Positions 1 to 9,596 of a stretch of DNA of 39,779 nt are shown in pieces (the first letter of the stretch is position 1; the number at the start of each line of letters is the position of its first letter). A program made the position numbers and the translations under genes. The stretch comes from Bacteroidales bacterium (GTDB lineage: Bacteria; Bacteroidota; Bacteroidia; Bacteroidales; JAADGE01): positions 1-39,779 of the forward strand of contig JANTGL010000001.1 in the NCBI GenBank assembly GCA_024762915.1, written 5' to 3'. The notes beneath the pieces are model-generated. The model was given only the letters and a program-made list of their open reading frames with translations, did not search any database and was not told the DNA's origin.

Positions 1-1251
1 ACTTGCGGATCCTGTTCGGGAATGTTTACGGCTAATTCCATGAATTCTTTAATCGAAGGCTTGGGTTTGGCTTTGCCCGGGAACGGAACGATTGTGGCAA
101 CACACAAAAACAGAGTAAATCTTTTTGAAAAATCGGCAGAATTGTTAGTCAAAATAACGGAAGACTATTATTACAATAACAATGAAAATGTTTTACCGAG
201 AAATATTGCAAACAAAGAAGCTTTCTTAAATGCAATGTCTTTGGATATTGCCATGGGCGGAAGTACTAATACCGTTTTACATCTTTTAGCGGCAGCTCAT
301 GAAGCAGGTGTTAATTTTAAAATGAAGGATGTCAATTCTTTATCTTCAAAAATTCCTAATTTGTGTAAAGTCGCTCCCAGTTCTCATTATCATATGGAAG
401 ATGTTAATAATGCCGGCGGCATTTTATCTGTTCTCGGAGAATTGGAAAAAGGCGGATTAATTAATACGAATGTAAAAAGAATTGATTTTTCGAATTTAGG
501 AGAAGCAATAAAATATAACGATATTACGAGAGAAACCGTGTCCGAAGAAGCCCTTTTAAATGCTAAAAGCAGTGCAAAAGGAGTTAGAAATTCCGAAATG
601 GGTTCGCAAAACACATTAGCCGAGTTTACGGATATCGACAGAAAAAACGGTTGTATAAGAAGTATTGAAAACGCATACAGTCAAGACGGCGGATTGGCAG
701 TTTTATTCGGTAATATTGCAAAAGACGGATGTATTGTTAAAACGGCAGGTGTTCATTCATCCATGTTAGATTTTAAAGGCAAGGCAAAAGTTTACGAATC
801 TCAAGAAGCTGCCGTAAACGGTATTTTAAACGGGAAAGTTCAGGCAGGAGATGTTGTTGTAATAAGGTATGAAGGACCGAAAGGAGGTCCCGGAATGCAA
901 GAAATGCTTTATCCGACTTCTTATTTAAAATCTGCCGGATTAGATAAAAAATGCGCTTTAATTACCGACGGTCGTTTTTCCGGCGGAACATCCGGATTGT
1001 CAATCGGTCATGTGTCGCCGGAAGCAGCATCGGGAGGAACTATTGCAATTATAGAAAACGGTGATGAAATTGAAATAAATATTCCGAACAGAAGTATCAA
1101 TTTAATGATTTCAATCGAAGAAATAGAAAAAAGGCTAAAGAAATCGGATTTTGAACCTGAAAACAGGAAAAGAGAAATTTCAAAATCTTTAAAATTGTAT
1201 GCTCATTTTGTTTCGTCTGCAGACAAGGGTGCAGTAAGATTAATTGATTAA
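1..1251 (+). CDS. ilvD: dihydroxy-acid dehydratase, C-terminal ~416 codons (5' end lies outside the window)
   Basis: Frame 1 is open from base 1 ([15 protein letters not shown]...), upstream of the ATG at 22 used by the ORF track. IlvD/Edd family signatures are present, e.g. [23 protein letters not shown]. It is followed directly by ilvB, ilvN and ilvC. Confidence 0.95.
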   Translation, partial: TCGSCSGMFTANSMNSLIEGLGLALPGNGTIVATHKNRVNLFEKSAELLVKITEDYYYNNNENVLPRNIANKEAFLNAMSLDIAMGGSTNTVLHLLAAAHEAGVNFKMKDVNSLSSKIPNLCKVAPSSHYHMEDVNNAGGILSVLGELEKGGLINTNVKRIDFSNLGEAIKYNDITRETVSEEALLNAKSSAKGVRNSEMGSQNTLAEFTDIDRKNGCIRSIENAYSQDGGLAVLFGNIAKDGCIVKTAGVHSSMLDFKGKAKVYESQEAAVNGILNGKVQAGDVVVIRYEGPKGGPGMQEMLYPTSYLKSAGLDKKCALITDGRFSGGTSGLSIGHVSPEAASGGTIAIIENGDEIEINIPNRSINLMISIEEIEKRLKKSDFEPENRKREISKSLKLYAHFVSSADKGAVRLID

Positions 1252-1274
1252 TATTATTAACCAAACAGAATATT

Positions 1275-3017
1275 ATGACAACAACAGTCAAAGAAAAGAA
1301 AGCTGTTAAGCTTGACAATATTACCGGATCAGAAGCGGTAATTCGTTCATTGATTAATGAGAATGTAGAAACTATTTTCGGGTATCCGGGCGGAGCAATT
1401 ATGCCGATTTATGATGCTTTATATGATTTTGATAAAGAATTGAAACATATTTTAACACGTCATGAACAAGGTGCAATACATGCTGCCGAAGCTTATGCAA
1501 AAGTTTCCGGTAAACCGGGAATTGTATTTGCAACATCCGGTCCGGGTGCAACAAATCTGATAACCGGATTGGCAAATGCCATGGTGGATTCTACACCTGT
1601 TATTTGTATAACAGGTCAAGTACATTCGCATTTGCTTGGTTTTGATGCATTTCAGGAAACGGATGTCGTGGGTATTTCCATGCCGGTTACCAAGTGGAAT
1701 TTTCAAGTTACGAAAGCATCAGAAATTCCGGAAGTTCTGGCAAAAGCATTTTATTTGGCAAAAAACGGTCGGCCGGGTCCTGTTCTTATCGATATTACGA
1801 AAGATGCACAGTTGGAAAATTTCGATTTTTTATATCAAAAAGTAAATAAAGTTCCTACTTTTTATCCGTATCCCAAAATAAATAATGATGCCTTGCTAAA
1901 AGCGGCAGAACTTATTAATTCTGCTAAAAAACCGATGGTTTTAGCCGGGCAGGGAATTAAAATTTCCGGTGCGGAAGAAGAGTTAAAAACATTTATTAAT
2001 AAAACAGGAATTCCCGTAGCATCAACTTTACTGGGATTGACTTCTTTTTCATCCGATCATCCGTTATATTTCGGGATGTTGGGAATGCACGGCAGCTATG
2101 CGCCGAACATTAAATCGAATGAAGCTGATTTGATTATTGCCGTCGGAATGCGATTTGATGACAGAGTTACCGGTGATACGAGCAGGTATATTAAAAATGC
2201 AAAAGTTATTCATATTGATATAGATGCTTCCGAAATTGATAAAAATATTAAAACGGATGCGGCAGTTATCGGTGATGCAAAAAAAGTACTCGAAAAATTA
2301 ATACCTGAAGTTAATCAAAAAAAACATGAACAATGGGTAAATGAATTTAATGAACTGAAAAAAGAGGAATATGATAAGGTCATAAAAATTGACATCCTCC
2401 CGAATACGGAAAAATTCAGACCGGCAGAAATTATCCACACCATTTCCGGCAAATGTAAAGAAAATGCAGTTGTTGTAACTGATGTAGGGCAACATCAAAT
2501 GATGGCTGCAAGATATTATTCTTTAAATACAAAAAATATATTCATCACTTCCGGCGGATTGGGTACGATGGGTTTCGGACTTCCCGCTTCCTTCGGAGCA
2601 AGTATGGCTGCACCCGATAAACAGGTTGTTCTGTTTGTAGGTGACGGAGGTCTCCAAATGACTATTCAAGAACTGGATACCATAAGAAGAAATAATTCGA
2701 ATATTAAAATTGTTTTGCTGAATAACAGTTATTTAGGAATGGTGAGACAGTGGCAGGAATTGTTTAATGAAAAAAGATATTCGTTTACGGATATGGATAA
2801 TCCTGATTTTATTAAAATTGCTGAAGCATATTCAATAAAATCAAGCAGAGTTACTAAAAGAGAAGAATTAGATTCGGCAATTGAACAAATGTTTGCGGAT
2901 AATAATCCCTTCTTTTTGGAAGTTGTTGTCGAAAGAGAAGATAATGTATTTCCGATGGTTCCCGGAGGTGCGGCAGTATCGGATATTATTTTAGCTAAAA
3001 ACGATTTAAAAAAATAA
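1275..3017 (+). CDS. ilvB: acetolactate synthase (acetohydroxy-acid synthase) large subunit
   Basis: 580 aa thiamine-diphosphate enzyme. It has an N-terminal GYPGGAIMPIYDAL motif and the TPP-binding GDGGLQMTIQEL...LLNNSYLGMV (GDG-X-NN) motif. It sits 24 nt after ilvD and 6 nt before the small subunit gene. Confidence 0.95.
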   Translation: MTTTVKEKKAVKLDNITGSEAVIRSLINENVETIFGYPGGAIMPIYDALYDFDKELKHILTRHEQGAIHAAEAYAKVSGKPGIVFATSGPGATNLITGLANAMVDSTPVICITGQVHSHLLGFDAFQETDVVGISMPVTKWNFQVTKASEIPEVLAKAFYLAKNGRPGPVLIDITKDAQLENFDFLYQKVNKVPTFYPYPKINNDALLKAAELINSAKKPMVLAGQGIKISGAEEELKTFINKTGIPVASTLLGLTSFSSDHPLYFGMLGMHGSYAPNIKSNEADLIIAVGMRFDDRVTGDTSRYIKNAKVIHIDIDASEIDKNIKTDAAVIGDAKKVLEKLIPEVNQKKHEQWVNEFNELKKEEYDKVIKIDILPNTEKFRPAEIIHTISGKCKENAVVVTDVGQHQMMAARYYSLNTKNIFITSGGLGTMGFGLPASFGASMAAPDKQVVLFVGDGGLQMTIQELDTIRRNNSNIKIVLLNNSYLGMVRQWQELFNEKRYSFTDMDNPDFIKIAEAYSIKSSRVTKREELDSAIEQMFADNNPFFLEVVVEREDNVFPMVPGGAAVSDIILAKNDLKK

Positions 3018-3023
3018 TTAATT

Positions 3024-3560
3024 ATGGAAAAGTTGTTTACATTATTAATCGTAACGGAAAATAACATCGGCTTATTAAACCATGTTACCGTTGTTTTTAC
3101 TCGCAGACATATGAATATCAGAAGTATTACGGCTTCCGAGTCTAAAATTAAAGATATTTATACCTATACAATTGTTATAAAAAATACACGCGAACTGACT
3201 GATATTGTTGCTAAGCAATTGGAAAAAATTATCGGTGTTTTTAAGGTATTTGTGTATGAAGAAGATGAAATTATTTATCAGGAACTGGCACTTTATAAAT
3301 TACCGATTTCAGCCATTAATGAAGGTGTCGGTATTGAAAAAATTGTCAGAGAACACAATGCTCGTATTCTGAGTATCGAAAAAGAATATATTTTAATTGA
3401 AAAAACCGGACACAAAAAAGAAACTCAAGCATTGTTAGAAACCTTGGAACCTTTCGGTATTTTACAATTTATCAGGTCGGGGAGGGTAGCAATGGCAAAA
3501 CCGATGAAACCTCTGGAAGAACATTTGGCGGAAAAAGAAAATGCTTACGAGTATATTTAA
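3024..3560 (+). CDS. ilvN: acetolactate synthase small (regulatory) subunit
   Basis: 178 aa with an N-terminal ACT-domain pattern (LLIVTENNIGLLNHVTVVFTRRHMNIRSI). It lies immediately downstream of ilvB. Confidence 0.9.
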   Translation: MEKLFTLLIVTENNIGLLNHVTVVFTRRHMNIRSITASESKIKDIYTYTIVIKNTRELTDIVAKQLEKIIGVFKVFVYEEDEIIYQELALYKLPISAINEGVGIEKIVREHNARILSIEKEYILIEKTGHKKETQALLETLEPFGILQFIRSGRVAMAKPMKPLEEHLAEKENAYEYI

Positions 3561-3695
3561 CAGTTTTCGGCAGGCAGTTCTTCAAATTGATTTTTACTTT
3601 GGAATGTAAACTGCCGACTGTTTTCTAAATAACAAAATGAATTTTATTTAAGAACATATTAAAAATACAGAACTAATTCACAAAAACGAAAAATA

Positions 3696-4742
3696 ATGGC
3701 AAAAATTAATTTTGGCGGAACCGAAGAAAACGTCGTAACAAGAGAAGAATTTCCTTTGGAAAAAGCAAAGGAAACGCTCAAAAATGAAATAATTGCAATT
3801 ATCGGATACGGTGTGCAAGGTCCCGGACAATCATTAAATTTAAAAGACAACGGTTTTAATGTTATTGTCGGACAAAGAAAAAATTCCGAAAGCTGGAATA
3901 AAGCAGTAGCTGAAGGTTGGGAAGAAGGTAAAAACCTGTTTGAAATTGAAGAAGCATGCAAAAGAGGGACAATCATTCAATATTTGTTATCGGATGCCGG
4001 GCAAATTGCAATGTGGGATACCGTAAAAAAACATTTGACTCCAGGGAAAGCATTATATTTTTCGCATGGTTTCGGTATTACTTATAAAGAAGAAACCAAT
4101 ATTATTCCTCCGAAAGATGTTGATGTTATTTTGGTAGCTCCGAAAGGGTCGGGAACCAGTTTGCGAAGAATGTTTCTTGAAGGAAGAGGTTTGAATTCGA
4201 GTTATGCAATTTTTCAAGATGCAACGGGAAAAGCTTTTGAACGTGTAGTTGCATTGGGAATTGGCGTCGGTTCGGGTTATTTGTTTGAAACAACTTTTCA
4301 AAAAGAAGTTTACAGCGACTTAACCGGAGAAAGAGGAACTTTAATGGGTGCTATTCAAGGCATATTTGAAGCACAATATACCGTATTAAGAGAAAACGGA
4401 CATTCGCCCAGCGAAGCGTTTAACGAAACCGTGGAAGAATTAACACAAAGTTTAATGCCTTTAGTAGCTGAAAAAGGTATGGATTGGATGTATGCCAATT
4501 GTTCTGCAACGGCACAACGCGGTGCTTTGGATTGGAAAGATAAATTCAGAGATGCAACATTGCCCGTTTTCAAAGATTTATATAAAAACGTTTCTTCCGG
4601 ACAAGAAGCTAAAAATGTTATTGCATCTACCGGAACAAGCGATTACAGAGAAAAATTAAATAAAGAATTAGCCGAACTTAATCGTTCTGAAATGTGGCAG
4701 GCCGGAAAAGCTGTAAGACAATTACGTCCTGAAAATCAGTAG
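3696..4742 (+). CDS. ilvC: ketol-acid reductoisomerase (class I)
   Basis: 348 aa with the Rossmann motif IAIIGYGVQGPGQSLNLKDNG and a conserved KARI C-terminal knotted domain (LTGERGTLMG, SATAQRGALDW). Confidence 0.95.
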   Translation: MAKINFGGTEENVVTREEFPLEKAKETLKNEIIAIIGYGVQGPGQSLNLKDNGFNVIVGQRKNSESWNKAVAEGWEEGKNLFEIEEACKRGTIIQYLLSDAGQIAMWDTVKKHLTPGKALYFSHGFGITYKEETNIIPPKDVDVILVAPKGSGTSLRRMFLEGRGLNSSYAIFQDATGKAFERVVALGIGVGSGYLFETTFQKEVYSDLTGERGTLMGAIQGIFEAQYTVLRENGHSPSEAFNETVEELTQSLMPLVAEKGMDWMYANCSATAQRGALDWKDKFRDATLPVFKDLYKNVSSGQEAKNVIASTGTSDYREKLNKELAELNRSEMWQAGKAVRQLRPENQ

Positions 4743-4761
4743 ATTATATTTTTCTTTAATA

Positions 4762-4807
4762 AAGTGTAATGCAAACATTAAATATGATTGTGTTACACTT
4801 TTTTTAC
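4762..4807 (+). terminator. candidate intrinsic terminator after ilvC
   Basis: AAGTGTAA (4762-4769) pairs with TTACACTT (4793-4800), followed by TTTTTT at 4801. The loop is long (23 nt), so confidence is moderate. Confidence 0.45.
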
Positions 4808-5055
4808 ATTAAATAATAAACCTTTCTTATTGTTTGATATGTATATGGTAGACTTTTTTGACAAGTTGTAAATATAGGTTTTAATTTAGAATTTTGCAAA
4901 TGAAGAACCGAAACACTTCGAATATAAATTATTCGGATAAGCGTTGCTGAGGAGCAACTCGTCAAGGACAGGTTTTTACGATGAAACTGATTACTGTTAG
5001 TTCTTTACTTTCCGGAATTTTATCAATATTAACGGATACTGAAGATTCTTCAATT

Positions 5056-5766
5056 TCAAGTATTCCCCAAGATGTTTGAATGAAACGATATTTCAGAATT
5101 TTTTAAATTCATGAGAATTGAAAATGCACGATCTATATCTTTGTTCTTTACGATAATAGTAAATTCGTTGGTCGTTGAAATTAATTCTTCAATATTAATT
5201 TTTCTTAATGACAGATTTTTAAGAATGTAAAAATAAAATCCGATAGTTTCAGTCCGTTTTTTAGGAAGACTAATGGTTATTGACGACAGATTTGTTTTTT
5301 GAAAAATTTGCTTTTCATCTTTAAAAATTTCTTTAATCAACTCAGCTAATGCATTGCTTACAACTATTGATGTTTCAAATATTCCTCTTGAAACAGAATA
5401 GTATGATTGATTTTGTCCGATATGCTTTATCATATCTTGTTGCCTTAATCCGATAGTTTCCGAATTCTCGAAAGTGAAATGCATTAAGCCTGATATAACA
5501 ATTAAGTCACCCAAATCGTTTACAAATTGTTTTAAGCCTGAATTCGGTAATTCAAAATAATTTGATTTTACTCTTTTTAAAGCAATAATTACCGCTCCGA
5601 TTTGGATCTCTTTTTTTAGTACTTGCTCTATTTTCGGTTTTATTTTTCGTGCTAAAGAAGAAATGTTAATAATATCTTCAAATAAAGCTTCTTCAAGAAA
5701 AGGGGTTTGTTGTATTAACTGTTTTGCGATTTCTCCTATTGATACCATCTGTATGTTTTTATACAA
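5056..5766 (-). CDS. hypothetical protein, possibly an ACT-like small-molecule-binding regulatory protein
   Basis: 236-aa ORF divergent from lysA. An alternative start, MVSIGE, is at 5748. I recognise no catalytic motif. The alternating beta-alpha-beta-like pattern loosely resembles aspartokinase-type ACT regulatory domains, but I cannot verify this without an HMM search. Confidence 0.35.
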   Translation of the reverse strand: MYKNIQMVSIGEIAKQLIQQTPFLEEALFEDIINISSLARKIKPKIEQVLKKEIQIGAVIIALKRVKSNYFELPNSGLKQFVNDLGDLIVISGLMHFTFENSETIGLRQQDMIKHIGQNQSYYSVSRGIFETSIVVSNALAELIKEIFKDEKQIFQKTNLSSITISLPKKRTETIGFYFYILKNLSLRKINIEELISTTNEFTIIVKNKDIDRAFSILMNLKNSEISFHSNILGNT

Positions 5767-5783
5767 TTTGTATTTATTTTGTA

Positions 5784-5816
5784 CAAATTTACAATATTTT
5801 TTTTTATAAATTCAAA
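5784..5816 (-). promoter_or_regulatory. candidate Bacteroidota sigma-A promoter for the 5056..5766 gene
   Basis: On the minus strand there is TTTG (5816-5813), a 21-nt spacer, then TAAATTTG (5791-5784). This matches the TTTG / TAnnTTTG consensus and lies about 18 nt upstream of the ATG at 5766. Confidence 0.4.
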
Positions 5817-5880
5817 TTATTATACTTTTATTTTACAATAAAAATAAAAAAAGTATTTATTTTAATTTTCAGAACAAATA

Positions 5881-7080
5881 ATGTTTAATAAAGAACTGGT
5901 CAAATTATTTTCTCAAATAGAAACTCCCTTTTATTATTATGATACGGAATTATTTGAGAAGAGTTTAAACAAGCTTAAATCTGCAGCTTCTAAATACAAC
6001 TATAAAGTGCATTATGCTTTGAAAGCAAATGCCAATGATAGAATTCTTGAAACAATTAAGAATTTTGGATTCGGAGCGGATTGTGTCAGCGGAAATGAAA
6101 TTGAAAAAGCAATTGAAATAGGTTTCCCTTCTGATAAAATTGTATTTGCCGGCGTCGGAAAAACCGATAAGGAAATTGAATTTGCAATTGAATCTTCAAT
6201 ATTCGGATTTAACTGTGAATCAATTGAAGAAATAGAAATAATTAATGAAATTGCAATAAAAAAGGAAAAAACGGTTCCGATTTTTTTAAGGTTAAATCCG
6301 GATATTGATGCCGTTACTCATAATTATCTTACTACCGGACTTAATGAAAATAAATTCGGAATTCCCTTAAGTTTTTTGGATGATGTACTGTTTCAAGTGC
6401 AAAAACTTTCAAATATTAAAATTATAGGTTTGCATTTTCATATCGGCTCTCAAATTACGAGTTTTGATCCGTTTATTAATTTATGCAAAAAAGTAAATAT
6501 TATACAAGAAGATTTATTTAATAAATACGGTATAATGTTGAAATATATAAATTTAGGAGGAGGATTAGGTATTAATTATACCAATCCTGATTCTGAATTA
6601 ATTTCGGATTTTGAGAAATTTTTCTTAATAATTAACAAACATCTGCATACACGCCCCGAACAAGAAATTCATTTTGAATTAGGTCGCTCCGTAGTAGGAC
6701 AAACAGGCAGTTTAATTTCAAGCGTATTATATGTTAAGAGAAGTGTTAATAAACAATTTGCAATTCTTGATGCAGGAATGACTGATCTTATCAGACCGGC
6801 ATTATACGGTGCTCATCATAAAATAGAAAATCTGTCAAAACAGGAAAATTTAACTAACTTGATTAAATATGATATCGTAGGTCCCGTGTGTGAATCTTCT
6901 GACAGTTTTGATATTGATATAAAACTTCCTAAAACCGAACGCGGTGATATTATTGCAATAAGAAGTGCCGGAGCTTACGGGGAAATAATGGTTTCTCAGT
7001 ATAATTTAAGAAATAAACCGAAAACAATTTATTCGGATACGATATCGCAACACTTAAATTTAGAATCAAATAATATATGA
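5881..7080 (+). CDS. lysA: diaminopimelate decarboxylase
   Basis: 399 aa fold-type III PLP decarboxylase. Motifs: YALKANAN (PLP lysine), HNYLTTGLNENKFGI, HFHIGSQI, GGGLGINY, VGPVCESSD, AGAYG. The CESSD and KFGI patterns are typical of LysA. Confidence 0.9.
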   Translation: MFNKELVKLFSQIETPFYYYDTELFEKSLNKLKSAASKYNYKVHYALKANANDRILETIKNFGFGADCVSGNEIEKAIEIGFPSDKIVFAGVGKTDKEIEFAIESSIFGFNCESIEEIEIINEIAIKKEKTVPIFLRLNPDIDAVTHNYLTTGLNENKFGIPLSFLDDVLFQVQKLSNIKIIGLHFHIGSQITSFDPFINLCKKVNIIQEDLFNKYGIMLKYINLGGGLGINYTNPDSELISDFEKFFLIINKHLHTRPEQEIHFELGRSVVGQTGSLISSVLYVKRSVNKQFAILDAGMTDLIRPALYGAHHKIENLSKQENLTNLIKYDIVGPVCESSDSFDIDIKLPKTERGDIIAIRSAGAYGEIMVSQYNLRNKPKTIYSDTISQHLNLESNNI

Positions 7081-7186
7081 TCGGGAATGAAATTCTGAAT
7101 ATGAAATTTGTGTATTAATAATATAAATTAAAAGAAATTTTGTTTTAAAAACAGTTATTAATATTTTTAGACAATAATCAAAAACT

Positions 7187-8398
7187 ATGAAAAATATTTC
7201 GATAATTTTTGCTTTATTAATGATTTTTGGTTCATGTACAATGAAAAACAATGAGAAACTGAAAGAAGAAATTAATGCAAATGTTGATTCTTTGAAAAGT
7301 ATTTATGCCCCTGATAAACGTATCGTTTTATGGGATGTAATAACAGATATTACTAATGATACTTTGCTTGTTACGGCAGAATTAGAAAATAAAACGGCTG
7401 CCGATCAATTGAAAGAAATTCTGACAAAAAAATTTCCCGATGTTTTATTAAAAATTAAACTGTTACCCGAAAAAGAACCGGAAAGAACCGTACATGCAAT
7501 AGTAAATAATTCAGTTGCCAGTATCAGAAGAAAAGCAAAACACAGTTCCGAGCTTGTAAATCAAGCATTTTTGGGTACGCCGGTTAAAGTTTATAAAAAA
7601 GAAAGAAATTGGTATTTAATACAAACTCCAAACAGATATATCGGTTGGATTAATGAAGATGACATCTTTTTTTTTAATAAAGAGCAACTTAGTAAGTTTA
7701 AACAAAAAAATAAAATTATATACATAAAGCAACAAGGCAGCAGTTATTCAAAACCTGATGAAAATTCACAAGTTATTTCAGATTTAGTTATAGGATGTAT
7801 CCTGTCGGTTACGGATACAGTTAATAATTTCTGTAAAGTACAATATCCTGACGGCAGAGAAGCATATGTGTTAAAAAAAGAAGTTGATAAAATGATGACC
7901 GTTTTTAATCGAATTCCCGAAGGTAAAAATTTGGTCAATACGGCTAAAAAGTTTTACGGAATTCCGTATCTTTGGGGAGGTTTTTCATCAAAAGCAATTG
8001 ATTGCAGCGGATTTACCTCAACGGTCTATTTTATAAACGGAGTTATTCTGCAACGTGACGCATCTCAGCAAATAAAATACGGAACCGAGGCAGCAAATAA
8101 ATTTGAATTTAAAAATCTTTTAGCCGGTGATTTGCTTTTCTTTACTGATAATAGTTACTTGGGAGATAAAGAAAAATCAAAAAAAATAACACATGTTGGT
8201 ATGTACATCGGAGATACCGAATTTATTCATGCCTCCGGTAAAGTGAAAATAAACAGTATGGATTCAACAAGAAATAATTTTAATCCGGAATATCGTGATA
8301 CTTTTAAAAAAGCAATAAGAATAATAGGAAATGTCGGAACAGAATCTATTGAAAAAATAACAGATAATAAATTCTATAAAACAATTATACCGAATTAA
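7187..8398 (+). CDS. NlpC/P60 (C40) cysteine peptidase with N-terminal SH3b-like domains, YkfC-like gamma-D-glutamyl-L-diamino acid endopeptidase; lipoprotein
   Basis: Signal peptide with lipobox (LLMIFGSC). The C-terminal C40 catalytic core has GIPYLWGG...DCSGF (Cys), HVGMYIG (His) and FIHAS. It is 4 nt upstream of the dipeptide epimerase, like ykfC-ykfB in Bacillus. Confidence 0.85.
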   Translation: MKNISIIFALLMIFGSCTMKNNEKLKEEINANVDSLKSIYAPDKRIVLWDVITDITNDTLLVTAELENKTAADQLKEILTKKFPDVLLKIKLLPEKEPERTVHAIVNNSVASIRRKAKHSSELVNQAFLGTPVKVYKKERNWYLIQTPNRYIGWINEDDIFFFNKEQLSKFKQKNKIIYIKQQGSSYSKPDENSQVISDLVIGCILSVTDTVNNFCKVQYPDGREAYVLKKEVDKMMTVFNRIPEGKNLVNTAKKFYGIPYLWGGFSSKAIDCSGFTSTVYFINGVILQRDASQQIKYGTEAANKFEFKNLLAGDLLFFTDNSYLGDKEKSKKITHVGMYIGDTEFIHASGKVKINSMDSTRNNFNPEYRDTFKKAIRIIGNVGTESIEKITDNKFYKTIIPN

Positions 8399-8402
8399 TA
8401 AA

Positions 8403-9527
8403 ATGTATTTAAACAGACGAAACTTTATTAAAACAATTTCAGCAGCTTCATTAGGAACATTGATCCCTAATATAGCAGTTGCATCATTTATGAAACCTAT
8501 TAAATCAAAAAAATTGAAACTATCATTCAGAACATACGATTTACAGTTGAAACATACTTTTACGGTTGCCGAATATTCAAGAGATACAACACCGGTTGTT
8601 TTAACAGAATTAGAATATGACGGAATTATCGGTTACGGTGAAGCATCAATGCCGCCTTATTTGGGAGAATCTCATAAAAGTGTTACAAGTTTCCTTTCAA
8701 AAGTAAATCTGGCACAATTTAATGACCCTTTCAGAATCGATGATATCCTTACATATGTTGATTCCGTTGATAAAAAAAATCGTGCGGCAAAAGCATCAAT
8801 CGATATTGCATTACACGATTTAATGGGGAAAATTGTTAATCAACCCTTATATAAATTGTGGGGATTAAATCCTGAAGAAACACCCGTAACATCTTTTACA
8901 ATCGGAATTGATAAACCGGATGTTGTAAGAATGAAAACGAAGGAAGCAAAAGGATTTAAAGTTTTAAAAGTAAAACTGGGACGCGGAAACGATAAAGAAA
9001 TGATTAATTCTGTAAGAGAAATTACGGATGTTCCTTTATATGTAGATGTTAATCAAGGTTGGCAAAACAAAGAAGAAGCTTTAGAGATGATCCATTGGCT
9101 TAAAGAGAAAGGTGTTATTTTTGTTGAACAACCGTTACCGAAAGAAAATATCGATGATATGGCGTGGTTGACACAAAACAGCCCTTTGCCTACAATGGCT
9201 GATGAAGCATTTCAAAGACTTTCGGATATTGTTGCATTTAAAGATGTTTATTCAGGGATTAATATCAAACTTATGAAAAGCACCGGTTTAAGAGAAGCTC
9301 ATAAAATGATTACTGTTGCAAGAGCTTTAGATATGAAAGTTATGATGGGTTGTATGACGGAAACTTCGTGTGCCGTTTCTGCTGCTGCTCAGTTATCGCC
9401 GTTGGTTGATTGGGCAGATCTTGACGGAAATCTGTTAATAAGTAATGATGTATATGAGGGGGTGAAAGTAATTAACGGAAAAATTACACTTAATAATTTA
9501 CCGGGTATAGGAATTCGAAAATTATAA
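8403..9527 (+). CDS. L-Ala-D/L-Glu (dipeptide) epimerase, enolase superfamily, with predicted Tat signal
   Basis: Muconate-lactonizing-enzyme subgroup motifs are present: LKVKLG (KxK), DVNQGW, VEQP, MADEAF (metal ligands), NIKLMK (second catalytic Lys) and DLDG. The N-terminus NRRNFIKTISAASLGTL...AVASF fits the twin-arginine consensus with an AxA cleavage site. Confidence 0.85.
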   Translation: MYLNRRNFIKTISAASLGTLIPNIAVASFMKPIKSKKLKLSFRTYDLQLKHTFTVAEYSRDTTPVVLTELEYDGIIGYGEASMPPYLGESHKSVTSFLSKVNLAQFNDPFRIDDILTYVDSVDKKNRAAKASIDIALHDLMGKIVNQPLYKLWGLNPEETPVTSFTIGIDKPDVVRMKTKEAKGFKVLKVKLGRGNDKEMINSVREITDVPLYVDVNQGWQNKEEALEMIHWLKEKGVIFVEQPLPKENIDDMAWLTQNSPLPTMADEAFQRLSDIVAFKDVYSGINIKLMKSTGLREAHKMITVARALDMKVMMGCMTETSCAVSAAAQLSPLVDWADLDGNLLISNDVYEGVKVINGKITLNNLPGIGIRKL

Positions 9528-9596
9528 ATAATTTCATCAAATCTGTTTGACAGAAACTGAATTCAAATTAATTTTTTTAATTAAAATATAATAATT

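Noticed and set aside
390-3067. Several 60-112 aa ORFs on the opposite strand or in alternate frames inside ilvD and ilvB (390..614, 1097..1318, 1452..1706, 1636..1845, 2298..2498, 2729..3067)
   Set aside because: They are fully embedded in strongly supported conserved genes and have low-complexity, Phe/Ile/Lys-rich translations typical of shadow ORFs in AT-rich DNA. The same reasoning applies to all other short overlapping ORFs in the track, e.g. 3659..3976, 10040..10309, 20190..20866, 22773..23034, 29863..30141, 36390..36734 and 37448..38279.
3561-3695. Possible attenuator or terminator hairpin in the ilvN-ilvC spacer (GGCAGTT 3573-3579 pairing with AACTGCC 3609-3615, then GACTGTTTT)
   Set aside because: The stem is only 7 bp with a ~29-nt loop, an alternative register exists, and the T-run is short and interrupted. 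This is not convincing without folding energies or transcript data.
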